Counted from the first letter of the whole stretch, positions 1 to 13,353 are shown. The stretch: 49,170 nucleotides of DNA, filler included, from Jimgerdemannia flammicorona (GCA_003990765.1; 2 parts of 2 records of this genome joined end to end with filler, not necessarily neighbours in it); one strand, 5' to 3'. The notes: generated from the sequence alone by a model not told the origin. Translations and numbers: made by a program.

Positions 1-75
1 GGGGGGGGGGTGTTAACGCGGATCTCGTATCCCTCTGACGCTCACTGCTTCCGATTTTCATCCCTTCCACACCAG

Positions 76-351
76 ACTTCCGCAACCGCATACCAGACCT
101 TCACGGCCATCGCAGATTCCAAGCCCATGCCCCCGAAACCCAAGACCGCCGCCGCCGTCGTAGCTTCGGAGCCCACCACCCTGCCGTCCAAGCCCAACCA
201 GACGACGATCCTGTCAGCGGACCTGTTGTCGAATCTGCGGGCCTCGTGCTCGACCTACCTGGCACGCATCACATGCTGGGTCGTCGATGAGCTGCGCAAG
301 CACGAGTTTCCTGTACCGGCGTACTTGGAGCAGTGGGCGGCGAGCATGTGA
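76..351 (+). CDS. Probable terminal exon of an unknown gene that begins before the window
   Basis: Pyrimidine tract and CAG acceptor at 73-75, in frame with the 10..351 ORF. GC-rich codon usage like the neighbouring genes, TGA stop at 349-351. No domain recognised. Confidence 0.5.
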   Translation, partial: TSATAYQTFTAIADSKPMPPKPKTAAAVVASEPTTLPSKPNQTTILSADLLSNLRASCSTYLARITCWVVDELRKHEFPVPAYLEQWAASM

Positions 352-1549
352 GGTGGTGGGTGGGAAACGGATTTATTGGGTTGAGGCGGACGAAATAGCG
401 ATAAAAGGTGCCACGTAGACTGCTTTGCACAATCCACCCTTCGTATAATATGTAGTTGTTTTTTCTCTTTCATTTATTATTGGTTCGCATGATGTTATGC
501 TGGTCCAATATGGTTCCGTTTTAGAACCTCTAGAATTTTCCCGTAGATTTGAGTATTTTTTGACTTTCTTTGTTTGCACCTTCATCGACGTATGTACTGT
601 CGAAGTCTTTGTCGTGTAACGAAATATCTAGTATTTCGATTCTTATCGTGACTGACTTTGCGATAAGATACAATATTTCGCTCATATTCTTAATGAACTC
701 GAAATGTGCGCGAAAATTGAGCTGGACTTTATTACTGAACATGGAATGTGATAAGAATCCCAGGCCTCGCTATCGGTCGCCAAGCAAGACTTCGTTCAGT
801 ACAAGGAGTGTGAGATCCGTCCTTCCTATAATGCTCCTTGGATTCCTCCTTTGATATGGTCAAGCTAGCTCCCCTCAAGTTGTATTCAGATGGACTGCTA
901 CATTTTGGGCATGTCGGAGCTTGTGGATCTCGCAAAGTATTTTTGGTGGTTGCATCCTTCTGTACTTCATACACTGAAATGTGAAATGAACTGCGAAAAG
1001 CCCCTTCTAATAATACCTTGATCAGCGACAAAGAACGTGCTCCCGTCAAGGGCGGGGGCAAACTTAAGGAAACCCAAGCCAGCTGTCACAGACCGCTCGC
1101 TTCCTCGCTCCGCGTGGGATGCCGTTATGTACGCTGTGCGAGGAGGAGAAAGGGGTGGTGACGAGTTGGAAGCAAACTTCTGGATTTCTGGATTTCTGGA
1201 TCAGATGGGTGGTTGGGTGCAAAAAGAATGGGTTGTGCGAGTAGGTTTTTATTAAATGTTACGATACACGGCGCTTCCTTTGTTGAATGAGCTATCTTTT
1301 TGGTCTCTGTATGTTAGTAATGCCCTAAGACAAGGTTGCGATCGACGGACGGGAAAGATGATGAAGTCAATGCGTCATGATTCCTGCAGGACTCAAGTCA
1401 TGATTCACCTTCCGATCGCTCCTATCGCTTCCTATCGCTGCAATACCTTTTTTTTTTTTTTTTTTTGTTTTTCCTTCCTTATCTACATTTATTAAAGAGG
1501 CCGCCTCGCTCTCTCCTCTCCCTATACCACCCCCACACCCACCCACCCG

Positions 1550-4500
1550 ATGCAATCCAACTCACCCAGCGTCCACTTCACCGCCAAAGAAAATGAAGCC
1601 GCGTCCTCTAGCATGACACGCCAATCCTACAACGACGACCGCGAGCGGCGCCCCCTCGCTGAAGACCAGCTGTCTAGCTACTACACCTTTTCGGCGGCGG
1701 CGGCGTTGCTGCACCGCCCAGAAATCGACCCGCGTATGTTCGCCTCGGAACCTATCAGCCTCGCGCAGCCGCACGGTTCCAACCCGTCTTCGGGCCTGGC
1801 CCTCGGCACTTTCCGCGGCGTTATCCTGCCCACCTGCGAGTTCATGTGGAGCGTGCTCATCTTCATCCGGTTCGGGTGGATCGTCGGTAGCCTCGGTGTG
1901 GCCGTCGCATGGGCTCTCATATTGCTGTGCGCCGCAAACGTCGCCATCACCGTGTCGAGCCTGTCGGCAATCGCTACGAATGGCATACCGAGGGGGAACG
2001 TAGTCCATATGTTGACCAAGTCGTTGGGAAGCGGGTTGGGTGGTGCTATCACGTATGTCTGCCCAACTTTTCGGATCTCCGGTTTTGTGGCATTTTTATC
2101 ATGAGAAACTCGTTAATGTTGGCGCTTTATAAAGATTGATGTATTATCTAGGACTATCCACATTTACTGCCATTGAGGTGAGGGCAATATAAATTTCTCA
2201 ACATGGTTATGTTATATTGTTGAAGAATTCCATCTCACGCTTTCGCAATTTCCCATTTCCAGGTCGTTGGTTCCACTCAAGGTTTACTGTTGTCGACGAA
2301 CATTAGTCTAACCGGCGCCAGCATATATTGGGATCAAGTGCTTATCGCCATCGCCTCAATTATTACCATTGTGTTTATTCCCCCCATGGTTGGTAAAGGC
2401 GTTGTGCTCAGGTAATCTCTCCCCTACTTCAGAACGATCCACCTATCCCAATCCTCTCAAAACTAATAGACACTCATCACCCATCCAAACCCATACCCGG
2501 GGTACAGACTCTCCATGTTCTTCATGGTCGCCCTCACAATCGCCTATCTCAGCCTAATCTCAGGCCTCGTTGCCGCGCCGAGCGTGATGAATTACGATGG
2601 CCAGGTCACTGGGATCCGGCGCGAGACCTTTGCCGAGAATTTCGGACCACCGGGGCCCGAAGAATTCGCCTGGCGCGAGACGCTTGTGCTCATGGTGCCG
2701 TGCTTTGTCGGGATATTCACGGGTGTGAACCAGGCCGCCCATCTGAAGAACCCGCTTGTTTCCATCCCGCTTGGTTCGTACCAATTTTCTCTGTTTACAT
2801 TTAAAATGCGATTTTTCTGGTTTCATAACTGGGGCCGTTATACTCTAACTTCAACCGGCATCCTTGACGTTTAATTTGCTTATCTAGGTGGATTCAGCGC
2901 CATATCGATCTCGATGACTCTCTACCTTTGCCTAACGGGCTTGATCGGCGCCTGTATCCATCACAAAATCCTCCTGGAGGATCTCACAGTCGTTCCTGGT
3001 AAACTCTTTATTATTTTCCATTGCAACACGCAGTATTTCATTTGCCACTCGTCTAACGGAGCTTTACAATGCCTAATGTGCATACAGGCATTGCGTGGCC
3101 GGACCCCTGGTTTGCCAAGGTGGGACTCTACCTCGTCGGCCAAGGGTCGGCCCTCCACAGCACCGTCATCGGGGCGCATGTCCTTCAGTCTTTGGCGGCG
3201 GAGGAGATTGTCCCGGGGCTAAAGTGGTTGGGTCTGGATATTGAGAGCCAAGGCATCCCACGACGAGGTTCGACGCGCTTCCATCTTCGCCCATATATGC
3301 ACAATCCTTCTTTTATTAAATTGACCATCATTTTTCACTCTTCCTTCGTGACAGCTATTACATTCATGACGCTCTTGACAATGCCTTTCCTCTTCTTCCC
3401 TGACTTGGATACAATTGCAACGGTTGTGACGATGATATTCTTGCTTTGCTACGGGTTGACCAACTTCGCCTGCTTTCTGCTGTCCGTCTTCCACCAACCC
3501 AACTGGCGTCCGCACTTCCGTTACTATCACCCATTGCTGTCCCTCGCTGGATCCGTTCTCGCCGTTGTTCTCATGTTCCAGATCCACGGATTCGTCGCAA
3601 CGCTGGCTATTCTTACCCTCTTGCTAATTGCTTGGAGCATACAGCTGCAAGGTGAGTGGGTTTGATGCCTTGGAATAGAGATTTGTGGATATTTGGAGAT
3701 ACTGCTAACACCGAATTTATTCTTTGATTTGCAGGAGCAACTGCATGGGGTTATGGTAAACTATCGATCAGATCAAAGTCCCCAAAGTTCAAATCAATAT
3801 AATTCTTACCGATACCTGCATTCATCCCCGCAAAATCACTCAAACTTCCCCTCCACAGGCATCCACGGCCTTCTCTTCCACCTAGTCATCACACATCTAA
3901 CCCAAGCTGAGCGGGAAGAATTCTTTCAGAACCTCCCTAAAATCGATCTCTCGCCCACAGATCACCCACGCGACTCGCTTGCTGCACACTCCATCACGAT
4001 AGGCAACGCACGGCTCTCTCCGCAGGCGGGTACGGTACACGTGACGACGTGGCGTCCGCACATTGTTTCGTTTGTGCCGTCGTCGCCCTCTACTCGTCGC
4101 GGACTGCTCTCCATCATCGCCCAGCTACGCACAAAGAGCCAGCTGTGCGTTCTGGCTGACCTCGTTACGACGGAGGAGGTCGACACTGCGGTTGGGAAGA
4201 GGGACCAGGATGGGAGGGGGGGGAAGATTACTATTGCGGGAGAGGGGATTAAGCCATTTAGGAGGCAGGAGGTGTTGGACGAACTGGTTGTGAGGAGGAA
4301 AACGTTGTTACAGAGAGGGATGGAGGAGGAAGGAATTCAAGGTGGGTGAGTGGGAGGACCTAGGATTTGGGATGTTGCTGAAAATTCATGAGACAGATGG
4401 ATCTGTCGCTGAATGTGGGTTGGCTTTTCAGGTTTTGCGAAGATTGTGACATGTTCGTCCGTCCGCGTGGCCCAAAGTATCTTGATGCAGTCCATCGGGT

Positions 4501-6055
4501 AAGTCAATGCAAACGCCTCTACAAAAAATGGAAATTCCTATTTCGCCGTTGATTTACAAGACCGTTTCTTTATCTGCCACAGATTAGGCGAACTGACCCC
4601 CAACACTGGTAAACCGCATATAAATTCCACCTTCGCCGCCAATTAATTTCCTTTCTCAACAGTAATTTCTGAACCTACCCCAGTGATTCACGCCTGGCCT
4701 TCCCCAACCGAGGACTCAGACCGCAACGTGGAGAGCATCCGCGAGCTGCAGGAGCTCTGGCTGCTGACTCGGCGACAGGGTCTGAGCACCGTGCTGTGCA
4801 AGGGACTGTCATCCTTTCCCGGGATCAGCGAACGAGTACGCGGAACGTGGGTTTTATTTCTAATTTCGTTTGCCTCTCTTCAGTTCGTTCATGTTAAATT
4901 TCGTTTTCGTTGACGTGTGCCGATGTTTTCTCCCCAGGCTCGATATTTGGTGGATCGGCCGCGACGGACAGCTACTCCTGCTCATCGCCACCTTGTTGCA
5001 CCAGCACCCCACCTATCGCGAGTGCAAAATCCGCCTGTTCTCCATGGGGAGGGTTGGCGAGGATTTGAAGGAGCTGGAAAAGAGGATTAGGGTGCATCTT
5101 AGCTTAATGCGTATTCGGGTACGTATATTAGTGATGGAAGATGGCATGACATGATACGTTAAAAAAAGAAAAAAAACTCCCCTAATTCGGCATCTTGGTA
5201 TCTTTTGCAACCAAACACAACGGTCAGGTCGATGAGGTGAAGAGCGTGCCAATCCAGTTTGCGGAGCCTGCCGTAAGCAATCCAAGTCATTCCCCTTTTC
5301 GTTCCCCGCTTCACTGCACTAACCTTTACTCACCAAAATGCTAAAACTTTCGTATCAACCTTCAGCCTCTTTCTCCGGTCGAGAGGCTGGCAGAAGAGGC
5401 GCTGACGCACGAGCTGGAGGCTGAGACAATGGAGCAATACACGTTCCACCGCGGAGACGAGCGTCTGCTCAATCAATTTCAGACCGCGTGGACACCGGTA
5501 TATTGCGCTTGAGATTATGGGATATAGTATGCGATCGATGAATGTTCGCTGACCCCGGATGCCAACTTTCTAACCACTTAGGGTAAGGCGCGAAAGCATC
5601 CGCTGTTTGAATCGGCGCACGTCTCGGCGCAGTTGAGGACAGAAATCACTAGGTGCAGCGGGGGGAGCGAGATTGTGCTGTTAAATCTTCCGGTTGGTGG
5701 TTTTACTTAAGTTTCGGTTATGGGTGATTGGCTTTTTCCTTTCTGTACAAATATCCGTTTTCCTTAAATGGTGATAAGAGGTGTCTTTAATCTTGCAGGC
5801 ACCGGATGTTGACGTTCAGGTCCTCGAGGATCCTGCGAAGCGTGCGGGGCTATGTAAGCAGCTTTCATTCGATGCAATTTTATTTTTGTTTGGAAAAAAT
5901 GACGTGTTTGTGTAATTAACTCTAACTCTCTCTCTACACGTCAAACAACGGCAGACATGGAACTCTTTCAGTATCTGACCGAGAAAATTGAGCGCTCGCT
6001 ACTCATCCACGTTGGCGAGAAGACGAACAAGATGCTGTCATCATACATCTTGTGA
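1550..6055 (+). CDS. SLC12-family cation-chloride cotransporter (KCC/CCC1-like), 18 exons
   Basis: Manually spliced with GT-AG introns: 1550-2052, 2135-2177, 2263-2411, 2508-2773, 2888-2998, 3088-3267, 3355-3651, 3735-3755, 3859-4341, 4432-4498, 4583-4608, 4684-4846, 4938-5118, 5228-5272, 5366-5497, 5582-5692, 5799-5853, 5955-6055. SLC12 motifs: LGTFRGVILP..SVLIFIRFGWIVG, SSLSAIATNG, PNWRPHFRYYH, WGYGIHGL, WRPHI, GLGELTPNT, LDIWW..DG.LLLL, IVLLNLP. Confidence 0.93.
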
Positions 6056-6496
6056 AAGGAGCTTTGTCTTTGTCGGCGAATCCTATTTTTCCTTTGCTCA
6101 ATTGCATTACTGCGGCCTCGGAATGTAATCAAATAATATTGTTAATGTGTATGCTGCATGTTTTTGCGTGGTCTCATCACATTGGTAAACCGGGAAGATA
6201 TTGGTTGGTTGAGATTAGCGCGTGGAATGACCGGCATGGGGTGCAAAGGCTCGGGGTGTTAATCCGCTGTTTTAAGCGTAGCACTTACCGTTCTATTCAA
6301 GTTGGATCGGACAGTTCTGAATTGAAAACTATCACCGTTGCTCTTGCGCAATATTGGTAATGAAAGCAGACGTGTCTCAACCATGACGGAATCACAGCAC
6401 TTATTGATGACGTCTCTGTGGCTCTGTGGATGACAACACACCACCGAGAAGATTATCAAAAAAAATTCCTACATTAAGGTAGTTCTCTCAATGCAC

Positions 6497-6612
6497 ACTG
6501 TTCAATGACGAGCTGTGTCTAACATACAGTTCAATGACGAGCTGTGTCTAACATACAGTTCAATGACGAGCTGTGTCTAACATACAGTTCAATGACGAGC
6601 GGTGACTAACAG
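6497..6612. repeat. 29-bp tandem repeat, ~4 copies, upstream of the MFS gene
   Basis: Unit ACAGTTCAATGACGAGCTGTGTCTAACAT; three near-perfect copies plus a divergent fourth. Confidence 0.9.
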
Positions 6613-6873
6613 ATGCAAGTGGGGAGGAAATGTCGTTGACGAATGAGTAAACACCCGACGCTCGGAACCAAGATGTCGGTTCCTTTCGCCCTTTCATGGT
6701 TAGCTACTGTAAGCAAACTCCACGTTTCCTGTGTCGGAAGCCATGTCCGAGTTTGATTTGTGATGAATTCTCCGAATAAACCTTAACCTGGTCGCGCCTT
6801 TTTCTACCGGCCGCCGCTGCAAAGGCGTCTCCCTCACCCACTAGTTCGTTCCCCCTCACCCCACCCTCACATC

Positions 6874-8405
6874 ATGGACGAAAAGACACCCCGCTCCGCC
6901 TCGTCCGCCATCGCGACGGCCACTGCCTCGCTCTGGGAGACGCTGCGACCGTACGCGGGACGGGTTGTCGTGACGTACTACGTGGCGGTGTTGTTCGGGG
7001 TGAACGACGGCGCCTTTGGGGTGATCCTCCCGCGCATCAAGACGCATTACGGCGTCAACGAGGCAGTCGTCTCCGTCCTGTTCCTATGCAATACTGCGGG
7101 TTACCTTTCCGCCGCGTTCGTCAATGGTCTCATCGTCCACCGGTTGGGACAGTCCGGCGCGCTCTATCTGGGCGCCAGCTCTCATCTGCTTAGCTATATC
7201 CTGTTGCTTGTCGCAGCACCGTTCCCCGCCATGGCTGTCTTTATGCTGTTCTTGGGATTCGGCATGGCGTTGGAGGATGCCGGCGTTAATGTTGTCGTGG
7301 CCGAGATGCCGTACGCGACTACACTGCTCAATTTGTTGCATGGTATGTGTGTCCTTGTGGTAGTTCCTCATAGGTTGCGTACGAAATTCCCCAAATTATG
7401 CCATCCTAACCACTTTAATCCATAGCCTTCTACGGCTTCGGCGCCCTCATCGGTCCCATTATCGCTTCAGCCCTCTTCGCCGATTCCTTATCCTGGAACG
7501 TGGTTTACATGATCCTAGGCGGCTTGGCACTGATCAACCTCATTGCCCTCTTTGTCATCTTCCGCCGTATCTCCCCCGCCGACCTGACCCACCGCCATGC
7601 CTCCACGCCCCCTACCGACCCCTCTAGTACACCAATCAAAACTCCGACGCACCTTCTCCGCGCGGCCTTCAGCCTCCGTGTCACATACCTCGGCGCCCTC
7701 TTCCTCCTCGCCTACGTCGGCGTCGAGGTCACCATTGGTGGCTGGGTCTATTCGTTCCTGACCGAGATCCGCGGCGGCGACACTGTGCGCATGGGGCCAT
7801 TGGTATCCCTCTACTGGCTCGGTCTGACTTTCGGCCGCGTCGTGCTAGGATGGGTCACCGGGAAGTTTGGAGAGAAGAGGATGATATACTTGTACCTTGT
7901 CGTCACCGTTGGGGGAGTGTTAGTGGTGTGGCTTGTCGAGACCGTGGAGGTCGACGCCGCAATGTTGTTCGTCGTGGGAGCCGCGCTAGGCCCTGTGTTC
8001 CCGACTACCATCTCCATCGCATCACAGGTCGTACCAAAGGAGCTGTTCGCGAGCTCCGTTGGGTTCTTGACCGCGTTCGGGAGCGGGGGAGCTGCGTTGT
8101 TCCCGTGGTTGACTGGTAAGTTAGAGGGTCTGGGCTGGGCGGTTGAGCGGTGGTGAGGTTTAGGCTATCGTTCCCATTAGCGACCATACCATTCACATTT
8201 TGCAGGCACTATTGCTGTGCGCTACGGCATCTGGATCATGATGCCTTTCTCCATCGCCCTGGTTGTCGTCATGTTTGCGTTCTGGATATTTATCCCCTCG
8301 CCGAAGAAGCCTGCCGAACAACTCGCCGCCAAGGAGGGGGCCCTAGCATCGTCAGAGACCGTGGTTAGGGTCGAGGGTGAAAGCGGTGAGGGGACAATTG
8401 TGTGA
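6874..8405 (+). CDS. Major facilitator superfamily transporter (fucose-permease/Bsc6-like), 3 exons
   Basis: Exons 6874-7342, 7426-8115, 8206-8405 with GT-AG introns. Many hydrophobic helices and motifs GVNDGAFGVILP, LNLLHAFYGFGALIGP, YVGVEVTIGGW, LGPVFPT. Confidence 0.9.
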
Positions 8406-8915
8406 GCGTTGAGAGGGAAGTGGGAGTTGGGATAGGAAATGAGGACGCGGGTGTTCCCAGAGAGCCGTGTTGATATTGTATATATAGCCACACATAAAAC
8501 GATCTTGCATAATTTTTTGTTGGAAATGGTTGTGCCAACTGCTTCGTTGTTCAAGAACACTGCCGCTGTGCTGTGATGTACGCGACCATTCTTTCTTGTG
8601 AACTTTTCTGATAAAGGTTTCTTTTGACACTATGTGTATGAAAATTATTCTCCCCTATGCTTCACCAATTGCAGTAAGAGAATTGTTGAATCAAAAAACT
8701 ATATTAGAAAAGGTTAGCTCATCTTTTGTTCTTTGAGAACTTTGGGAATCTGTACCAAGTTTCACCTATGTGACTACAGGTAGTAGAGACTCTTGTAGTT
8801 AGACCCACAAGACTTTAATACTCTGTAATAAGTATATATATATAGCTCATTTTGTTCTAGAGAAGTATATTTGTAAAAATCTTTCAAACTTAATATATTA
8901 ATATATTTTATATAT

Positions 8916-9676
8916 TGTAATATACTAGCTCAATAGAGGTAAATTATAAGATTGGGGCTACTATGTAGATTGGCTTGAGCCCTTAGTTACTTTGTCAAAA
9001 AACAACAAAATGTTTAATAGTTTTGGATGCAAATTTATATAATGTGAATAATTTCAACAATTTCCTAGTTTAGTGGTAATCTGGAATAATGTAGATAATT
9101 TTGGTGAACTTCTTGAGTAGGATGGATTTTCTTCTTAAGTAGATTGTATAATATAAGTGATTTTCTTCTTGAATAATTTCTGCATAATAATCTTAATATG
9201 TTATTACATAAGTAATTTAGTAGACTTTCTTATTAGGCAGATAACTTGAATAATATAGATTCTTCTTGAATTAACAGACTTTTTAGATAACTTAAATAAT
9301 ATGGATTCTTCTTGAATAAGAGACTTTTTTTTTAAAAATAATAACTTTTCTTAAATGATAGATTACTTAAAGAAGGGCAGACTTCTTTGTATTAGAAAGT
9401 AGACTAGAGTAAAAATAAGTAAAGCTCACAACTTCTTAACAGTAGCTCATTGATAGATATATCTCTTAAGTATTACAATTCTTTCTAGATTAAGTAGTTT
9501 TTGGTAGATATTTCTCCTAAGTATATCAGATAATTGGCTTTTGCTTTTGAATTTTTCAGACTCTTCTCTTCTTTATATTAGAAAATAAACTAGAGTATAT
9601 AGAAAAGAAAGCTCTCTGTTTGTTTTTTTTGACTTTTTGAACTGAGATTTATTCACTCAAATCTCTAGAGTATTTT
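8916..9676 (-). mobile_element. Heavily decayed, truncated LTR of the same family as element A
   Basis: TGTAATATACTAGCTCAATAGAGGTAAATTATAAG aligns to the element A LTR start TGTAATGTGCCAGCTCAATGGAGGCAAATTACAAG; 9421-9550 aligns to 25604-25730. Differences seen are mostly C>T/G>A. Confidence 0.85.
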
Positions 9677-10915
9677 TGTAACAATTTCATATTTATATTT
9701 TAGTCTTAGTACTTTTTTATATCTTTTTATTTATCTTTTTTTAATACTAAGCAATACTAAGTATCTAGTTATAAAACCTTTTGGAACATTGTAGAATTCT
9801 ATTAGTCATCTTTATTAAAAATCTATTTCTTGGCCTTTTTCTTCTTTTCTGAGATCCTTCCAGATCTTTCTTTCAGATCTTATTAAATATCCTTATTCTC
9901 TGCTTGAATAAAGCTCAGAATCTTTTCTCCCAGAATTTCTTTGAGAATACTTGAATCTATAAGTATCTCTTTAAGCTACTTTAGGTCTACTAGAATTACC
10001 AGACTTAGCTGCTTTCTCTTAAAGAAACTAGAACTATGTATTATACTTGGTAATAGTAATATTATTACACCTTATCTTATTAAGAAATCTCACACAAATT
10101 CAGAAACCAGTCACAACTAGTCACACAAGCCCAAAATGAACTATGGAGAACTAGCTTATCATTCAGACCCCTCTATTATAGAAGAAGCAAAAGATACAGA
10201 ACTATAAGTCAATCTGAAGGAAATAATTATCTCTTTAACTTATCAGATCTAACTACTTCAAGTATAAATAGAATACTAGAAAACAAGAACTGCAGTTATA
10301 ACATATTTTGCTACTATATATATTAGTTAGCTTTAAGCTACTTAAGCTAAATATCTTTGATAGTCACTAAGGAGGACTGATTATAGATATATAGATATTT
10401 CAGTTAGATCAATACTTTAAACTTATAAAAATGGAAGAAGACATGTAAGTCTAATTTGCTGCTACTCTTCTTTAAGAGAATACTACTATTTGATAGTATA
10501 ATTATATTATAACTACCTCTACCTATTTGAACATAAGAATCCAAGATTAGATATCCTTCAAGAAGGCCCTCTATAAGTAGTTCAAGCCTACTAATACTAT
10601 CAAGCTAGCTTGAGACAAGCTAGCATATTAAGTAACTCAAGTTTGTACTAAATTACAATATATAATTTCTGTCAATTCTACTTGAACTACTAGTAATATC
10701 TAAAAATAAAAAGATATATTGCTATATTCAAGATCTGAAAGAAAATACACAAGTCAAGATTGAGCTGAAGGAGCTATAAACTCTCAATAAAGCTATAAGA
10801 ATTACTGATAGATTAAATATTATTATCTTTAATAGCTGCTTTAAACTAGAATACTATAAGAAGAACCATTTTAAGAACTATTACAAGAATCAACTCAAAG
10901 TAGTTAGCCCAGTAC
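9677..10915 (+). mobile_element. Decayed Ty3/Gypsy 5' fragment (putative LTR 9677-10069 plus gag remnant), interrupted by a hAT element
   Basis: TGTAAC...TTACA-bounded segment followed by a stop-riddled gag-like frame (~10340-10500: NIFDSH, DI*IFQLDQYF, V*FAATLL*ENTTI**, matching the retrotransposon-gag W.FQ...YF / FAA..L...A..WW pattern). Confidence 0.6.
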
Positions 10916-12922
10916 TAGTGCTCTGAATGGATGCAATTTATCTGGATGAGATTTGATTCAGATTCATTATATAATGGATTTAAATCAACTTGAATTGGTC
11001 TTATGATCTGATCTAGATTGATCTTGATTTATCTGGATTGATTCAGATTGATCTATTCAGATTAATTCATCCAGATTGATCCATCTGAATTGATCTGTCT
11101 AGACTGATCATATGAAATCTTTGGTGACATCACTCTTTCTTTTGTTCATTTTTTACTCTGTTTTTTTTTCTTGCTACACTTTGATAACATTACCCTTTCT
11201 TTTGTTTCTTCTCTTCTTTTGTTCTTTTTTTGTTTTTTTTTCTTTATTCTTTTTCTTTCCTGCTATATCATAAGCAAACAAAACAGCAGTCTTTAATCAT
11301 ATATTAGTCAGTCTACTCATTTTTTTACTTTGCAATAATTATCAAAAGAGAGAGTATTCAAGATAGAAATATACTCTCTGTTGATAATATTAGATTCTTT
11401 ATCATATAGATAGTATACAAGCTACTCATCAAGAGCAGTAATAATGATAATAGTAATAGCAATAGTAGGGATAAGAGAGAATTTCAACAATAACTCACAG
11501 TGGTCCTTTGGATCTCAGAATTCACAGACCTCACAGCTATATATATAGTAGCCTTTTTGGAGTAGCCAATAGTAAATATAGATTGTTCTTTTCTGCTACT
11601 ACTTGTTTAAACTCCCCCAGCATAACCCAATTTACTTTGTGCTTTTCTTAGAGTCTATAGCTTACTACTTATTTAAATTTTCTCAGCATAACCCAATTCA
11701 TCTCATGCTTTTCTTAGGATCTACAGCTCTATAGCAAGATCTGCTGACTTTATTCACAACATCTGGTCAAGATGAAGAAAGGCTGGAGGATGTTGCAGGA
11801 TATATCTTTGGTGGCTGAGCTATTGAGTCAATGTATCATATGGCAGAGATCTCAAAAGGAACAGAAGTAAGCCTTTATGAGCAATCTTGTGCAACTTATT
11901 AGCATATAACTCATCAGCATACAACTCACTCACACATGCTCTTTTCTGAAATATCTGTCTCTGTGTTTTATTTAACTTTATTTTTATATAGTCTCTTTTA
12001 AAAACTCCCACACAATACTCATATATAATCTATTTATATATAACCCATCTATACACAACTTGATCCCTCAGATTAGGGCTCAGTTCCATTAAAAGGGAGA
12101 ATTCAAAGTTATCTAAGTTTAACTATGTCTGATATCTAATCAAATAGAGAAGTTCAAGAGTAAGATATTTAGTATGAGTAGTATCAGCATTACTATTAAG
12201 GCTTAGAGGTCTACATTTGAATCAGAGACAATCATTCTTGACTAAGAAGTCCATTGGCCAGCAAGAGTATTCAATGATGAAGAGAACTATATTATTATTG
12301 ATAATCATAGAGAAGTGATTGTGATAGTGGTAAAAAATCTCTATAGTGATAAGCTTCACCACTATATTAATGAGGTTTGCAAAGATTATATTAAATACCA
12401 GATGGCAGAAAAAAGAGAGCAAAAAACACAAAGAGTGGGGGTTTGGATAGAAATCAGATATATCACAATACTAGTAAAGGGTGGATTCCCAGAGATCTGA
12501 AATCCCCCACACTCACCTCCTTTTTTTTTTTTTTTTTTCTGAGATATTCTCTTGCTGACATACTCTTTTTTATTACACCTCTAGAGATGCACAAGATTCT
12601 GTACCCCTATTGGAACTTTAAAAGTACCATTAAAGAGCAAACTGCATACAAGTATAATACAGTCTGTATAGTAATAGCAGTTATGATCTGAGGTTCTTTG
12701 AGTAAGTTAATAGAGCATATAATAGGTGATCTTGGTACAGCTATATTTACATTCTTGGTATAATTTAGAATATCATATGAGGTGAGGAGTTCTACTTTTT
12801 TGGATGTAGCCCAGGGTTTCTGCCTCTCATATATAAAAAGAACTGACTAGATACTATCTGTTTTTGGCAGATTTCTAAGCTGAGACTCCTAGGGCTTAAT
12901 GAAGAGCAGGCATCCTCTAGTA

Positions 12923-13353
12923 TAGTGCTTCCAAATGAATCGAATCAATTTGAATTAAATCGAATTGAGGGTCATTTGAATCAAATTGAATTGGGGATTT
13001 TTCAATTCGAATTGAGTTCAAATTGAATTGAATTTGAATTGAATTAAGGGTCCAATTTGAAACCTATTTTTAGAAATATAATAACTCAATGAATACATGT
13101 CCAAATTCAATGATCTTTAGCTTGTTAGATTTCCCTATATAATAGGAATCTAACAAGCTAAAGATCATTGAATTTGGATGTGTATTTGTCGAGTATTTAA
13201 TTTCTAAAAATAGAGTTCAAATCAGACCTCATATTGAATTGGATCTCAATTCAAATTGATTCAAATCGAATTGGGCCTCAATTTGATTTGAAGTTTTCAA
13301 ATTGAATCGAATTTGGGTCCAATTCAATTCAATTTGATTCATTGGGAGCACTA
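12923..13353. mobile_element. 431-bp foldback MITE of hAT type
   Basis: TIRs TAGTGCTTCCAAATGAATC / GATTCATTGGGAGCACTA; 8-bp TSD CTCTAGTA (12915-12922) / CTCTAGCA (13354-13361); near-perfect internal palindrome 13060-13220; absent from the homologous site of the inner copy (~19465). Confidence 0.93.

Noticed and set aside
373..1061. Short ORFs between the first gene and the SLC12 gene
   Set aside because: No recognisable motifs or consistent exon structure.
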